A stretch of 63,936 nt of DNA, the filler included, from Octopus bimaculoides (lineage: Eukaryota), in the NCBI RefSeq assembly GCF_001194135.2. It is 9 parts of 8 records of this genome, joined end to end, with 100 filler letters (N's around TTAATTAATTAA, not from the genome) between each part and the next. Parts side by side here need not be neighbours in the genome. Positions count along the whole stretch, not along the records: positions 25,719 to 28,190 come from NW_026410244.1; positions 28,291 to 32,146 come from NC_068983.1; positions 32,247 to 36,201 come from NC_068998.1; positions 36,302 to 46,523 come from NC_069005.1; 5 more parts are not named here. The stretch is one strand, 5' to 3'. Shown piece after piece: positions 26,392-38,100 of the stretch. A program made the position numbers and the translations under genes. The first letter of the stretch is position 1. Each line of letters starts with the position of its first letter. The notes under the pieces were generated by a model. That model ran no database searches. It saw only the letters and a program-made list of their open reading frames with translations, and was not told the DNA's origin.

Positions 26392-27175
26392 NNNNNNNNN
26401 NNNNNNNNNNNNNNNNNNNNNNNNNNNNNNNNNNNNNNNNNNNNNNNNNNNNNNNNNNNNNNNNNNNNNNNNNNNNNNNNNNNNNNNNNNNNNNNNNNNN
26501 NNNNNNNNNNNNNNNNNNNNNNNNNNNNNNNNNNNNNNNNNNNNNNNNNNNNNNNNNNNNNNNNNNNNNNNNNNNNNNNNNNNNNNNNNNNNNNNNNNNN
26601 NNNNNNNNNNNNNNNNNNNNNNNNNNNNNNNNNNNNNNNNNNNNNNNNNNNNNNNNNNNNNNNNNNNNNNNNNNNNNNNNNNNNNNNNNNNNNNNNNNNN
26701 NNNNNNNNNNNNNNNNNNNNNNNNNNNNNNNNNNNNNNNNNNNNNNNNNNNNNNNNNNNNNNNNNNNNNNNNNNNNNNNNNNNNNNNNNNNNNNNNNNNN
26801 NNNNNNNNNNNNNNNNNNNNNNNNNNNNNNNNNNNNNNNNNNNNNNNNNNNNNNNNNNNNNNNNNNNNNNNNNNNNNNNNNNNNNNNNNNNNNNNNNNNN
26901 NNNNNNNNNNNNNNNNNNNNNNNNNNNNNNNNNNNNNNNNNNNNNNNNNNNNNNNNNNNNNNNNNNNNNNNNNNNNNNNNNNNNNNNNNNNNNNNNNNNN
27001 NNNNNNNNNNNNNNNNNNNNNNNNNNNNNNNNNNNNNNNNNNNNNNNNNNNNNNNNNNNNNNNNNNNNNNNNNNNNNNNNNNNNNNNNNNNNNNNNNNNN
27101 NNNNNNGACGTCATTTTAGGACAGCTGTATGTATGTATGTATGTATATGTGTGTATGTGTAAAGTTATATAGTTT

Positions 27176-27383
27176 TCTACTTTAGGCACAAGGCCCGAAA
27201 TTTTTGGGGAGGGGGTCAGTCGATTAGATCGACCCTAGTACGCAACTGGTACTTAATTTATCGACCCCGAAAGGATGAAAAGCAAATTCGACCTCAGCGG
27301 AATTAGAACTCAAAGCATAAAGACAGACGAAATACCGTTAAGCATTTCGCCCGGCGTGCTAACGTTTCTGCCAGCTCGCCGCC
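27176..27383 (-). mobile_element. SINE family A, near full-length copy
   Basis: Minus strand reads ggcggcgagctggcagaaacgttagcacgccgggcgaaatgc...gagttctaattcc (B-box-like)...ggccttgtgcctaaagtagaaa. Confidence 0.88.
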
Positions 27384-28146
27384 TTATGTGAAAAGTTATA
27401 TTGTCTAAACAAGCAAAGCATTCTCACCAACGAACAACATTTAAAACAAGGCTCAATTACAATGCACTATAACATACGCCATAAAACAAAACAACTATAC
27501 AGGAAAACATTAGCAGACAATACTTCCATACTATATAGAAAAGATGATTCATTATGGAAGAAAAACTAATATCGCAATACGAGGCTCTATAATTAATACG
27601 CAACATATACACTTCCGATCTGTAAATCTGATCATACAAAACTTTAACGCTGCAATCGTGGGAAAGCCCGTTTGACCGCTCGTTATATAATCCATCTCCA
27701 CTCCACATAACGAAGATGTGGGTAGCCGGAAGTGTTGATAAGCATTAATTTGAGAACTAATTTACTCCGAAGAGTCTTATAAGCTGCTAACGAGAAAGCC
27801 AGATGCATTTGGGGCTTTTGAGACGTTTTCATTCGGGAGTACTTGCAGCCAGCTATATGCTCGGTCAACAGCTTTTAGTTTCTGATATAGGAAACAGTGA
27901 ATAAAAAGGCTGAATGATGTTGGAAATAGCCACCCAGCTGAATAAAATCCAGAATACGCAAAATTAAATTAGAATAGTCAATGTATTAAATATAATTCAT
28001 ACAAACTGTCAATAAGCAAGGTACTATTAGTTTTCGTCTCTCAAAGAATTATTGTGTTTTTAACACATCAAGATATGTTGTCTCAGATAAATAACGCTGT
28101 AACTGGACAATCGACTGTGCACGTGCACTATGATACAGAGATGTGG

Positions 28147-28190
<44 letters not shown>

Positions 28191-28528
28191 NNNNNNNNNN
28201 NNNNNNNNNNNNNNNNNNNNNNNNNNNNNNNNNNTTAATTAATTAANNNNNNNNNNNNNNNNNNNNNNNNNNNNNNNNNNNNNNNNNNNNGGGGGAGGAA
28301 TATCGTGTCGTGTCTGCGCTAGTACTCTTTCTGCGCAAGAGTTTCACAAGCACTAACAATGTGAGTCACGCTTCGACCCTCTTGCCCCACATACTGCAGA
28401 GGTCCGTTGCACTTGTGTGGTATATATTCTTTTCCACTGAGTTATTATTATTATTATCATCACCATTATCATTTTTATTATTATTATAATCATTATTATT
28501 AGTATTATTATTATTATTTTTATCATCA

Positions 28529-28568
<40 letters not shown>

Positions 28569-28604
28569 CATTATTATTATTATTAATATTGTTATTATTA
28601 TTCA

Positions 28605-28790
28605 GGTGGTAAGCTAGCAGATTCATTAATTTTTCGGACAAAATGCTTTGCTTAGCAGCATTCCTTCGTGCTTCTTACACTCTGAATTCAAATTCCGACG
28701 AGTGCCTATACTATCAACCCTGAAATAGTTGGTAGAATGGGCACCGATTGAGCACTGGCCTCGATGTCATCAACTATTCCTCTCCCACGA
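28605..28790 (+). mobile_element. SINE family A, degenerate copy following an (ATT)n array
   Basis: aagctagcagattcatt...gcttagcagcatt...ctgaattcaaattccg...gagcactgg. Confidence 0.6.
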
Positions 28791-29484
28791 AAGTTCCAGC
28801 CGTGTGCGCGGAGAAGAAAGGATTGCTATTATTATTATCGCAAGGTATTTTGTCCGATGTGGGAATGTCGGATGAAATGTTTTCCAGTATTGCTTCCGAC
28901 TCTTTACGTTCTAAACTGAAAACGTAAAGGCCAATTTTATCTTGTATCAGTGATATATAGACCTCGGCGGTTTCCACTAAACGTTTGTCTCTCAAAATTC
29001 CAGACCTTGCGCTTATTCTGCAGACAATTGTTATTAATTACATGATTTGGCATAAATCCGTCCTTATTGGCAAAATCCCACAATTTTGTATTTTAATCAT
29101 TGATAAACTGTTCTTCTTTACCAACTCTGGCACTACGGCATAACGTTTGTGTGATAACATTTTGACATGTCATCTTTATGGTCTTGATAAAGGATATTCT
29201 TTTATTCTTTTATTCCATTGGCCTCAGTCATTGAACTGCTGCCAATGTGAGCCGCCTCCTTTGAAGAGATAGGCGACTCATCGATACCACAACATATTTC
29301 AATCTAATATTTATTACATTGATCTCTTATAGTCGAACTACAATGCTGCCGGACATAAAAAAAGCAAAATATAAGCAGGCCTTTTTTGTTATATGGGTGA
29401 AAACATAAAACACAGACACACAGGTATATACTTGTCGTCCAACATACACACACGCGCTTGCGCGCCTTAGTTAATCGGGGCCAC

Positions 29485-29556
<72 letters not shown>

Positions 29557-29624
29557 CTCTCCCTTTCATTCAGCCTCTCTCTTCCGGCCATTTCAATATG
29601 TTGAACCGTTAATCTCTACACATT

Positions 29625-29800
29625 TTTTCTCTCTCCGTTTTTTTTTCCCTTCTTTCTCCGTTCCCCGCCTCTTAATCCTTTCTGTCGAAGAGCGTAGGTT
29701 CGAAACGTAAAAGACTTTCTTCTTCCCGAGCGTTAAACTAATACGCTTGCTTGTTGTTCCTACATCTGTCTTCATCTTTTGTTTTTTGTAAACTTGAACT
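29625..29800 (+). mobile_element. Short dispersed repeat H2 with a hammerhead-like motif (other copies 32630-32815 +, 55570-55745 -, 62360-62505 -)
   Basis: Four copies share cctttctgtYgaagagcgtaggctcgaaacgtHaaagactttc...cccgagcgttaaactaat...tgtttgttgtttac. Confidence 0.85.
29678..29713 (+). ncRNA. Minimal hammerhead-like motif, family H2, variant core CUGUCGA
   Basis: CUUU - CUGUCGA - A - GAG cguagg UUC - GAA ACGU A - AAAG. Stem I is CUUU/AAAG, stem II is GAG/UUC (GAG/CUC in other copies), and stem III is the palindrome ACGU. Confidence 0.5.
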
Positions 29801-29829
29801 ATATATGTATATATATTAGAAAGAATGAG

Positions 29830-30200
29830 ATAACAAAGCCAAGGCTGTGATGAGTTTTCAGGACATTTATAATGAAATAGTCTTACAGCTGTTTCTGGGA
29901 TATTATGGATATCTTTTCATCAGAGATGGTGTGAGAAGATTAATTAAGGAAATACTTGAGTTCGAATTATTATGGAAAAGGAGGAGATAGGGAATATAGA
30001 GGAAAATAAGAGAATGAAAGTGGAAATAAGATATACAAAGATATTATATTCTTTATTCGAGGAAAATGGTGTATAGAAATGGTAAAAAAGTTTCCTGCAC
30101 ATGGTATGTAAGTTCCAGTAGCAGTTCATGTTTAGACATTTATGGAGCCGTGGAATCTGTGTTGCTTGAATTAGTAGCCATCCCACCAATGGTTTAATGA
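29830..30200 (-). mobile_element. Dispersed repeat H3 (PLE-like 3' end); second copy at 51276-51600
   Basis: The two copies align over about 330 bp and both end in a hammerhead motif on the minus strand. Confidence 0.8.
29880..29927 (-). ncRNA. Type I hammerhead-like motif, family H3 (stem II damaged)
   Basis: Minus strand: AUCU-CUGAUGA-A-AAGAUAU ccaua AUAUCCC-A-GAA-ACAGCUGU-A-AGAC. Confidence 0.6.
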
Positions 30201-30640
30201 TCAATTAGAAAGCACTGTACATAGGCAAAATTCTTCGTAATGACTAGAGACTTGTTATTGAAAGGTGTAAAGTTCTGCTTCGTAAGAAGGAAGATCATCG
30301 GACATCTGGTACTTCTATCGCAGTGTTTTTATGAATAAAATTACCTCAAAGTGAAAACAAAGAGGCAAGCAAAGAAATCTGTCGTTGTTAGATGATTGTT
30401 TCTGAATATCGACTGTGCACCAAAACCAAAAAATATCGTATTTTGTCCTTAGTGCAGTGACAAGTTAAGGACTTGCACTTTGAAACTGAAGAGGTGCTGA
30501 AAGGGTTGTCTTGAAACCGGCAGCTTTGAGTGCTTTTAACAGAACCCACTATTTTGCAAGACATTTGCCCCACACCTCCGTTCTGAGGATAAGTGCCTCG
30601 TTTCACCCATGAATCATAGGAAACCCTGAACAAAACCATG
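30200..30640 (-). pseudogene. Possible very decayed PLE endonuclease region upstream of H3
   Basis: Only loose resemblance (GSVKSTQS..FQ.NP...KC.S) to the Cys-containing segment before GIY-YIG in PLEs. No intact motif. Confidence 0.25.
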
Positions 30641-31251
30641 AGTGCTATGTTCCATCCTGTTTGTCGTTAAAAATTTGCAACACGTCCACAGCTTCCAAAT
30701 AACTCCCTCCACCCACTCCTTTTCCCCATTGATGAAGTCAATAAAGCTAATCTCCCATTGATGGATATGTCTGCCAATGAAAACATCAAATCTTATAATT
30801 CTTATCTAACTATAAAGATAAATACGCAAGATTAAATATATAAGAATGTTGCATATTTAAAGCAACTAATCCACTAATAACTTCTCTTATGTGTCTATGC
30901 ATACACAGATATTAAATAAAGTGTTATGTTTGTTCCCTCCAGACGCTTTCTCTACCCCGTGTGCCATATCTTCCAGGCATTTTTTAATGTATTGACACGA
31001 ACGATACAAAGTAGAATGAAAGTTCCATTCCATAACGTAGGCTGTAAATCTATTCACATCTCTAGCAAACTCTTTTCAAAACTACTAACAGTTCCGGAGA
31101 AAGTTTCTGATTATTCAATGATAAAGACATTAAATACCTAATCTAACAACAATGAAAGATATTGTTCATGTATATATGCACATAAATACATCCATATACC
31201 CGTACACACACACATGCACACATGCACACACACACACGCGCGCACACACGC

Positions 31252-31282
<31 letters not shown>

Positions 31283-31353
31283 TGCGCTCACACACACACA
31301 CATCGGATTGTTTATCAACTAAACTACGCTGTGACTTCGATTTCTATGTTTGG

Positions 31354-31398
<45 letters not shown>

Positions 31399-32102
31399 TG
31401 TGTGACGTATGTGCATTTTTATGCCCATACTCAGAGATAATAGCAGTGATCAACGTATACATAGTTTTATGTGAATAAATTGGCATATATATATACACAC
31501 ACATACACGCATACATACATAAATATATGCATACATACATACATACATACATACATACATACATACGTACGTATATACACAGATAGCCACATGCGTATAT
31601 GTAAGTAATTATTGTCATGCATGTTTGTAGTCATAAATATTCAGAGAGACTATCTCTTAGCTTAGAGAGACATGTAATGAAGTCATATATTCACAAATGA
31701 GTGATTTGTTTTATTACATAAGGTTTAATAGATTTTGCTGGAACAATATTGCCAATACCGAAGCCCGAGACATCAGAAAATGTGCAGCAAAACGAAAAAC
31801 TAAAGTGCAAAAAATTTAAGTCATATGAATACTCATTTATATGTATGTGTGTATATGTGTGTATGCATGTGTATGGAGTGTTTCTATATAAATGTGTATA
31901 TATGCATATGCATGTCTGTCTGTCTGTCTGTCTGTATGTATGTATGTATGTGTGTACGTACATGTGCGTATTTATGTGTGCATGTGTAGGCATATGTGTG
32001 TGCGAGTATGTGAGTGTGTCTGTGTGTCTGTGTGTTTGTGTGTCTGTGTGTGTCTGTGTGTTTGTGCATACATGTATATGAAGATATACACTTTTCCTTT
32101 CG

Positions 32103-32146
<44 letters not shown>

Positions 32147-32483
32147 NNNNNNNNNNNNNNNNNNNNNNNNNNNNNNNNNNNNNNNNNNNNTTAATTAATT
32201 AANNNNNNNNNNNNNNNNNNNNNNNNNNNNNNNNNNNNNNNNNNNNGAGAGAGAGAGATACTGAGAAAGGGAGAGAAGAGTAGATGGAATCAACTGAGAG
32301 CTTGGGCTGTCGTGGAATAACTAGTAGGATAGATAAATGTGCATTTAAAACTGTCAACTGTATATACTTTCATAGATAGATATGGATGGATAGATAGATA
32401 GATAGATAGATTGATAGATAGATATGGATAGGTAGGTAGATAGATATGGATGGATAGATAGATAGTTAGACAGAGGGATGAAG

Positions 32484-32553
<70 letters not shown>

Positions 32554-33099
32554 GCAGGTAGGTGGGTAGATAGATATAATACACTGAAGCATACATGTCA
32601 TATATATAGCCACTAAACCTTTTTTTATTTTCTCCATTTTATCTTCTCTCTCTGTTTATTTCTGTGTTCCTTTCTGTTGAAGAGCGTAGGCTCGAAACCT
32701 AAAAGACTTTCTCACTTCCCGAGCGTTAAACTAACGCATCTGTTTGTTGTTTACATACCCGTCTTCGTCTTTTGTTTTGACTTTTCTTTTTTTTTTTTTT
32801 TTTGTAAATTCCAACAATCTGGCGGTGCATCAGCATGGCCGCATCTCTGAGCTGAAACTATAGCAAAAAAAAAATATGTATGTGTATGTGTGTAAGTTTT
32901 AATGTGGCCCTGCCGCCGTTAACTTAAATTAGATATTTACCTCATTAGTCGGGAAATTTTTTTTGTTGTTTACAACTTTTGAAGTATAACGGGAGCTCTT
33001 GTCTGAATGGTGACTGTCACATTTAAGTCGCATTCGTAAACGCCTGTATTGTAATTATTATTATTATTTTTTTCACATTACAATTTCTAACCCTAACCC

Positions 33100-33250
33100 T
33101 GCTCGTGAAATTAACGTGCAAGTGGTTAAGCACTCCACAGACACGTATACCCTTAACGTAGTCCTCGGGGTGTTTCAGCGTGACACAAAATGTGAGAAGG
33201 CTGGCCCTTTGAAATTACAGGTACTATTCATTTTTACCCGCTGAATGGAC
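33100..33250 (-). mobile_element. SINE family C, 3' portion
   Basis: Reverse complement of about 51090-51215 (ctacgttaagggta.acgtgtctgtggagtgct.aaccacttgcacgttaa). Confidence 0.8.
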
Positions 33251-33690
33251 TACTACTACTGCTGCTACTACAACCACTTCTACTACTACTAGCGCCATCG
33301 CAATTACGTCTACTACTACAACCACTCCTACTGGAACACTTGCTGACATTCGTGACATCTGCAGGAGTAGCAGCAGTAGCAGTTAGCGTCATAGTCGTCA
33401 TCATTATCACTATCATCACCATTATCATCATCATCATCATGAGAAGCAGCAGCAGCATCGCCAGCATCGCCACCACTGCCGCCACCGCCGCTACCATCCT
33501 CATCATCACCGTAATCATCACCACTATCATCATCATCATCATCCTCACCACCGTCAGTAATCTCGACAACAGCAACACAGCTGCTACAACCGCCATCATT
33601 ACCATGGTTACTTGTGTCAACATTCAATCAATCCCAACACCTTTTGGTGGTCGTCGTAGGAAGAGGAGGAGGAGGAGGAGGAAGAGAAGG
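33250..33690. repeat. Low-complexity degenerate ACT/CAT/CAG/GAG trinucleotide tract
   Basis: Directly visible. It accounts for ORFs 33234-33780. Confidence 0.85.
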
Positions 33691-33815
33691 AGCTTCAAAT
33701 TTTATTTTTATTTTTTTTTAATTCATTTTATTTTATTTTTTGTCCAGATTCAGAAATTATCAATTTGCAGCATCCAATAAAGAGACGCTGTGACATTTAG
33801 TTGGTTACCTCTTCA

Positions 33816-33901
33816 CACGTGACCCTAATCACCATGGAGACGTTAAACGCGATCCCATGACGTCAAATCTTGCGTAAGCGATTTGTGGCTTCGGCCAATC
33901 A
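33816..33901. promoter_or_regulatory. Candidate cis-regulatory module: E-box, CRE, C/EBP or PAR-bZIP-like site, CCAAT box
   Basis: CACGTGAC 33816-33823, TGACGTCA 33858-33865, TTGCGTAA 33870-33877, GGCCAATCA 33893-33901, in non-repetitive CpG-containing sequence. Confidence 0.4.
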
Positions 33902-34369
33902 CTCATTCAGCCCCTTCCTGCTTTCTTTCTATCTGTGTCCCTTTTGTTTCAGGCACACACACACACACACACAGATATATACGCATACATACATACATAC
34001 ATACAATTGCATGTATATATATATATATATATGCATATATATGTATGTACGTGCAAATGCATTTAATTAATATATAGGTTTGTGTGTGTATGTGTCGCCA
34101 ATGTATGTAATATAGTAAGTTGAAAAATTTCAATTAACTGACATTGTTGTTCAAGTTAGAAGGGAAGAAAACGTTCTCCGAGAGGATTTAAAATCTAAAA
34201 TATTTCACCCCAGATGGCTAGGCTTCGCGAGTGATAAATTATATAGAGGAAGAAAAATAGAAGGAAAGCAGTGATGCTAATAATAGGGCTATGGGAACAA
34301 TAGTAGTAGTGGGTTTTAACGATAAATAGAATTACATAGACTAATCCATACTAAAATATACTAATCACA

Positions 34370-34850
34370 TAAACAGAAAATAATATGGTATAATCCACCA
34401 TATGGCATAAACGCATCTGAAAATAGCAACGAGGTTTCATAAGTCGATAAGCCTATACTTCTCTCACATTGATACCAGAAAATAGTTTAACAAATATTCT
34501 ATAAACATCAGCTGTATTTGCCTGGATTATGCAGAGTCACTAACTTAGTGACACTACACAATTCTTCCGAGCAGAATGCATTTAAAGTGATCTAATAAAC
34601 TCAGTTTAATAGTAAATTTTTCACGAAATTGTTCTGTAGAAATCTGAGAGAAGATCAACAGATGTTTGAGAAGTGACATATTAGGAAAGCAGAAAGCTTC
34701 TTTAAAAGCCGATATGCGCAACATAACAGCTAATAAAAATATAAGAACTAAAGCAACCCCACTTTAATATCGCAACATATATGGTAGCAGGAATCATATC
34801 AGAGAATCTTTTTCCTAAAAGAGTTGCTTTCACGGTTTTGTATAGCACTG
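34370..34850 (+). pseudogene. Decayed Penelope-like element (linker plus GIY-YIG endonuclease)
   Basis: Remnants (K)IIWYNPPY (~34380-34405), FNKYSINISC, and HIRKAESFFKSRYAQHNS (~34678-34730). These match the order IIWFNPPY...FN..T.K.SYSC...YIG.TE..FK.RY..H of PLE ORFs. Confidence 0.7.
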
Positions 34851-35102
34851 AAAATGTTATTTTACCCATAGATGGGGACCAGATAGGTTCCAAGCCAGAA
34901 GGAACCTGGTAGTAAGGGCAAGTAGGGGCTGACTCTACACTCCCTCACCCCAACTCCAGAACACCCGAAATGGAACGTCACACCGGATGCAGTTCAATGT
35001 CATATATACGCCCCACACATCCCCACCTCCCTAGACACGAATATATTATTATTGTTGTTATTATTATTATCATCATTATTATTATTATTATCATCATCAT
35101 CA

Positions 35103-35930
35103 TGGCAGAATCGTTTGCACGCCGGACGAAGTGCTTAGCGGTGTTTTGCCCGTCGCTACGTTCTGAGTTCAAATTCCGCCGAGGTCGACTTTGCCTTTCA
35201 TCCATTCGAGGTCGATAAATTAAGTACCATTTATGCACTGGGGTCGATGTAACCGACTTAATCCCTTTGTCTGTCCTTGTTTGTCCCCTCTGTGTTTACC
35301 CCCTGTGGGCAATAAATAAATATATATANNNNNNNNNNNNNNNNNNNNNNNNNNNNNNNNNNNNNNNNNNNNNNNNNNNNNNNNNNNNNNNNNNNNNNNN
35401 NNNNNNNNNNNNNNNNNNNNNNNNNNNNNNNNNNNNNNNNNNNNNNNNNNNNNNNNNNNNNNNNNNNNNATTATTATTATTATTATTATTATTAAGACAC
35501 CGAGCTGGCACAATCGGTAGCACGCCAGGCAAAATGTTTAGCGATATTTGGTCTGTCTTTATCTTCTGAGCTCAAATTCCACCGAGGTCGACTTTGCCTT
35601 TCATCCTTTCGGGTTCGATGAAATAAGCACCAGTTGAATACTTGGATCGATGTACTCGACTAGCCCTCTTCTTCCAAACGTCAGGTCTTGTGCCTATAAT
35701 ACAAAGGATTAGTGAGCTGGCAGAAACGTTAGCACGTCGGGCGAAATGCTTAGTGGTATTTCGTCCGTCTTTACGTTCTGAGTTCAAATCCCGCCGAGGT
35801 CGACTTTGCTTTTTATCCTTTCGAGGTCGATAAATTAAGTACCAGTGGAGTACTGGGGTCGATGGAATCGACTTAATCCCTCCCTCAAAATTTCAGGTCT
35901 TGTGCCTATAGTAGAAAGGATTACTATTAT
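35103..35930 (+). mobile_element. Stack of three SINE-A copies (35103-35322 with an alternative 3' tail, 35498-35710, 35711-35930)
   Basis: Three head-to-tail family-A matches. The first two are preceded by (ATT)n and the last ends in an (ATT)-like tail. Confidence 0.9.
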
Positions 35931-36659
35931 TATTGAAGTTGTTAGTAAATTTCCTGTTTTGGGTTTTTTGACGTTGTTGTTGTTGCTGTTATTATTGCTG
36001 TACCCGCATTATTGTTGCAGGTATTCTAATTGTTGTAATTATTGTTGTTGTTGTTATTCATTATTCTTCATCTTTCTTCTTCGCCCCTTCTTGTTTTTTT
36101 TTTATTACTGTTATTTTCTTCATCGTCTTTTTTTGTTGTTGTTGCCATCTTTAATACTGTTGTTGTTGTTGTTGTCGTCATCGTTCTTGTTGTTCCTCTT
36201 CNNNNNNNNNNNNNNNNNNNNNNNNNNNNNNNNNNNNNNNNNNNNTTAATTAATTAANNNNNNNNNNNNNNNNNNNNNNNNNNNNNNNNNNNNNNNNNNN
36301 NATATATATATATATATATTCTTATGGAATTTACTAATGCTGATGTTTTTCGCCCAGTAACCTTTCTGTAAAATCCAATGAAGCATTAAAGACTCTTAGT
36401 TGATAATTGTTTGCAATTTAGGTTGGAGAACAATGCTTTTTTTTTTTTTCATCTTTTTTTTTTTATTCGTGCCCCCCTTCCTTCTTATCTGTTGCTGTCA
36501 GTTTGTTTTTAAAGAGTGCGGTGGTGGCAAGAGGAATGAAGTTAGGGAAATTATTATGCATATATGTGTGTTTGAATGGGGTTTATGTGTGGATTATGTG
36601 TACACACACACATACACACACATATATATATATACATGCAAACGTGTGTGTGTGTTGCA

Positions 36660-36935
36660 CAGCCGTAGGTGTGTGGTAAGAAGTTTGCTTCCCAACTACA
36701 TGCTTCCGGGTTCAGTCCCACTGTGTGGCACCTTAAGCAAATGTCCTCTGCTATTGTCTCGGATCAACCAAAAGCCTTGTAAGTGGATTTGGTTGACAGA
36801 AGCTGAAAGTAGCCTATTGTGTATGTGTGTGTTTGTCCCCCACCACCGCTTGACAACCGGTGTTAAAACTAGAGTGGTCATTTCGTTTGACTAAAGGTGG
36901 TGCCCCAGCATGGCCACAGTCTAATGTCTGAAACA
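36660..36935 (+). mobile_element. SINE family B copy with an internal deletion
   Basis: tgtgtggtaagaagtttgcttcccaac...gggttcagtccc...caccttaagcaa...gactaaaggtggtgccccagcatggcc. Confidence 0.85.
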
Positions 36936-37574
36936 GAAGATAAAATATATTTGTGTATAAGTATGTATATGTGTGTGAAGCGGTGGTAGAGCAAACAGGA
37001 TAACTCTCTCTCTCTCTCTCTGTAAATGTCGGTAAAGACGGAGAAAGGGTAAAGTTAGACGAACTACAGAATTCTCGACTCCACCTTTTTGTAATTTCCA
37101 TATGACTCAATAAATAAAAGACACACCAAAACATTGAGAAATTGGAAGCTTTGGTTCAATGTCATTACTATGACATTTTCATTTTTGGTGTTAACCAAAC
37201 AACGTCCTGTATAGTGTGGCGTGTGTGGATATTAGCGTGTGTGTGAATGTCTATGTATTTGTGTGTATATTGTTATATTCATGGATTTTTTCGGTTGCTG
37301 TCATTGATTTGAAAATTTGATATACTGATGCAAGTTTTCGCGCTGAATCTAAATTTGGGTTTCAGTTATTCCCAGAAAAAATTTTTTTTAAATGTTACAG
37401 AGGTTCAAAGTGTATTTTGGTGTGTATGTATAAGTTATATTTGTCTTTTGGTATCTGTCCGATGATATTTGTATGCATGTTTATGTTTATTTTGTGTGTG
37501 CACACACATGTATATTTACATGTGTATTTGTGTAGGTGTGTGTGTGTGTGTGTGTATATATCATCATCAGCTAT

Positions 37575-38030
37575 CATTTTGAATCCGGGTTTTGTCCCCT
37601 TTAACAGGGATGGCTGGATCTACCTGAATGCTATAGCAACCGCCCTCACACCATCTCGCCATCTTGCCTGGTTTTGGGCATACTCCTTTCTCAATCCAAC
37701 CCTCCCAATCTCCTCCTCCACCTGTCCCCTACACATTTTCCTCGGTCAACCTTGCTGTCCATTTACCTGTCCATTTACCTCAAACACAAGCACCTTCCTC
37801 AGAACATGCTCCTCATCCCTCCTCAACACAAGCCCTTACCACCGCACTCCATTCGCCCATAGCAGCCATTCCACTGATTCCTCCAACCCCAGCATCCCCA
37901 TCAAGTCCTCAGTCCTCCTCTTATCAAGCAGCCTCAGGCCACACATTTCTCTCACCATTGCTCTCTCAGTCCTTTTCAAAATTGTCATTTCTCTCTCCCT
38001 CAAACACCATGTTTCACTCCCATACAGTTT
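37575..38030 (-). mobile_element. 3' end of an RTE-clade LINE (5'-truncated)
   Basis: LYGSETWCLREREMTILKRTERAMVREMCG...D...EDL..MLGL...NGVRW, followed in shifted frames by VLR...RGRPRKMW...W-type C-terminal motifs characteristic of RTE. Confidence 0.88.
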
Positions 38031-38100
38031 TCCTTTCGTCTTCATTGTATATATGTAAATGTCGAATGATGACTATGATTGCTCAACACTACATTGGTGG

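Noticed and set aside
33086-33099. Telomere-like ctaaccctaaccct (also near 40520)
   Set aside because: Only about two units, which is expected by chance.
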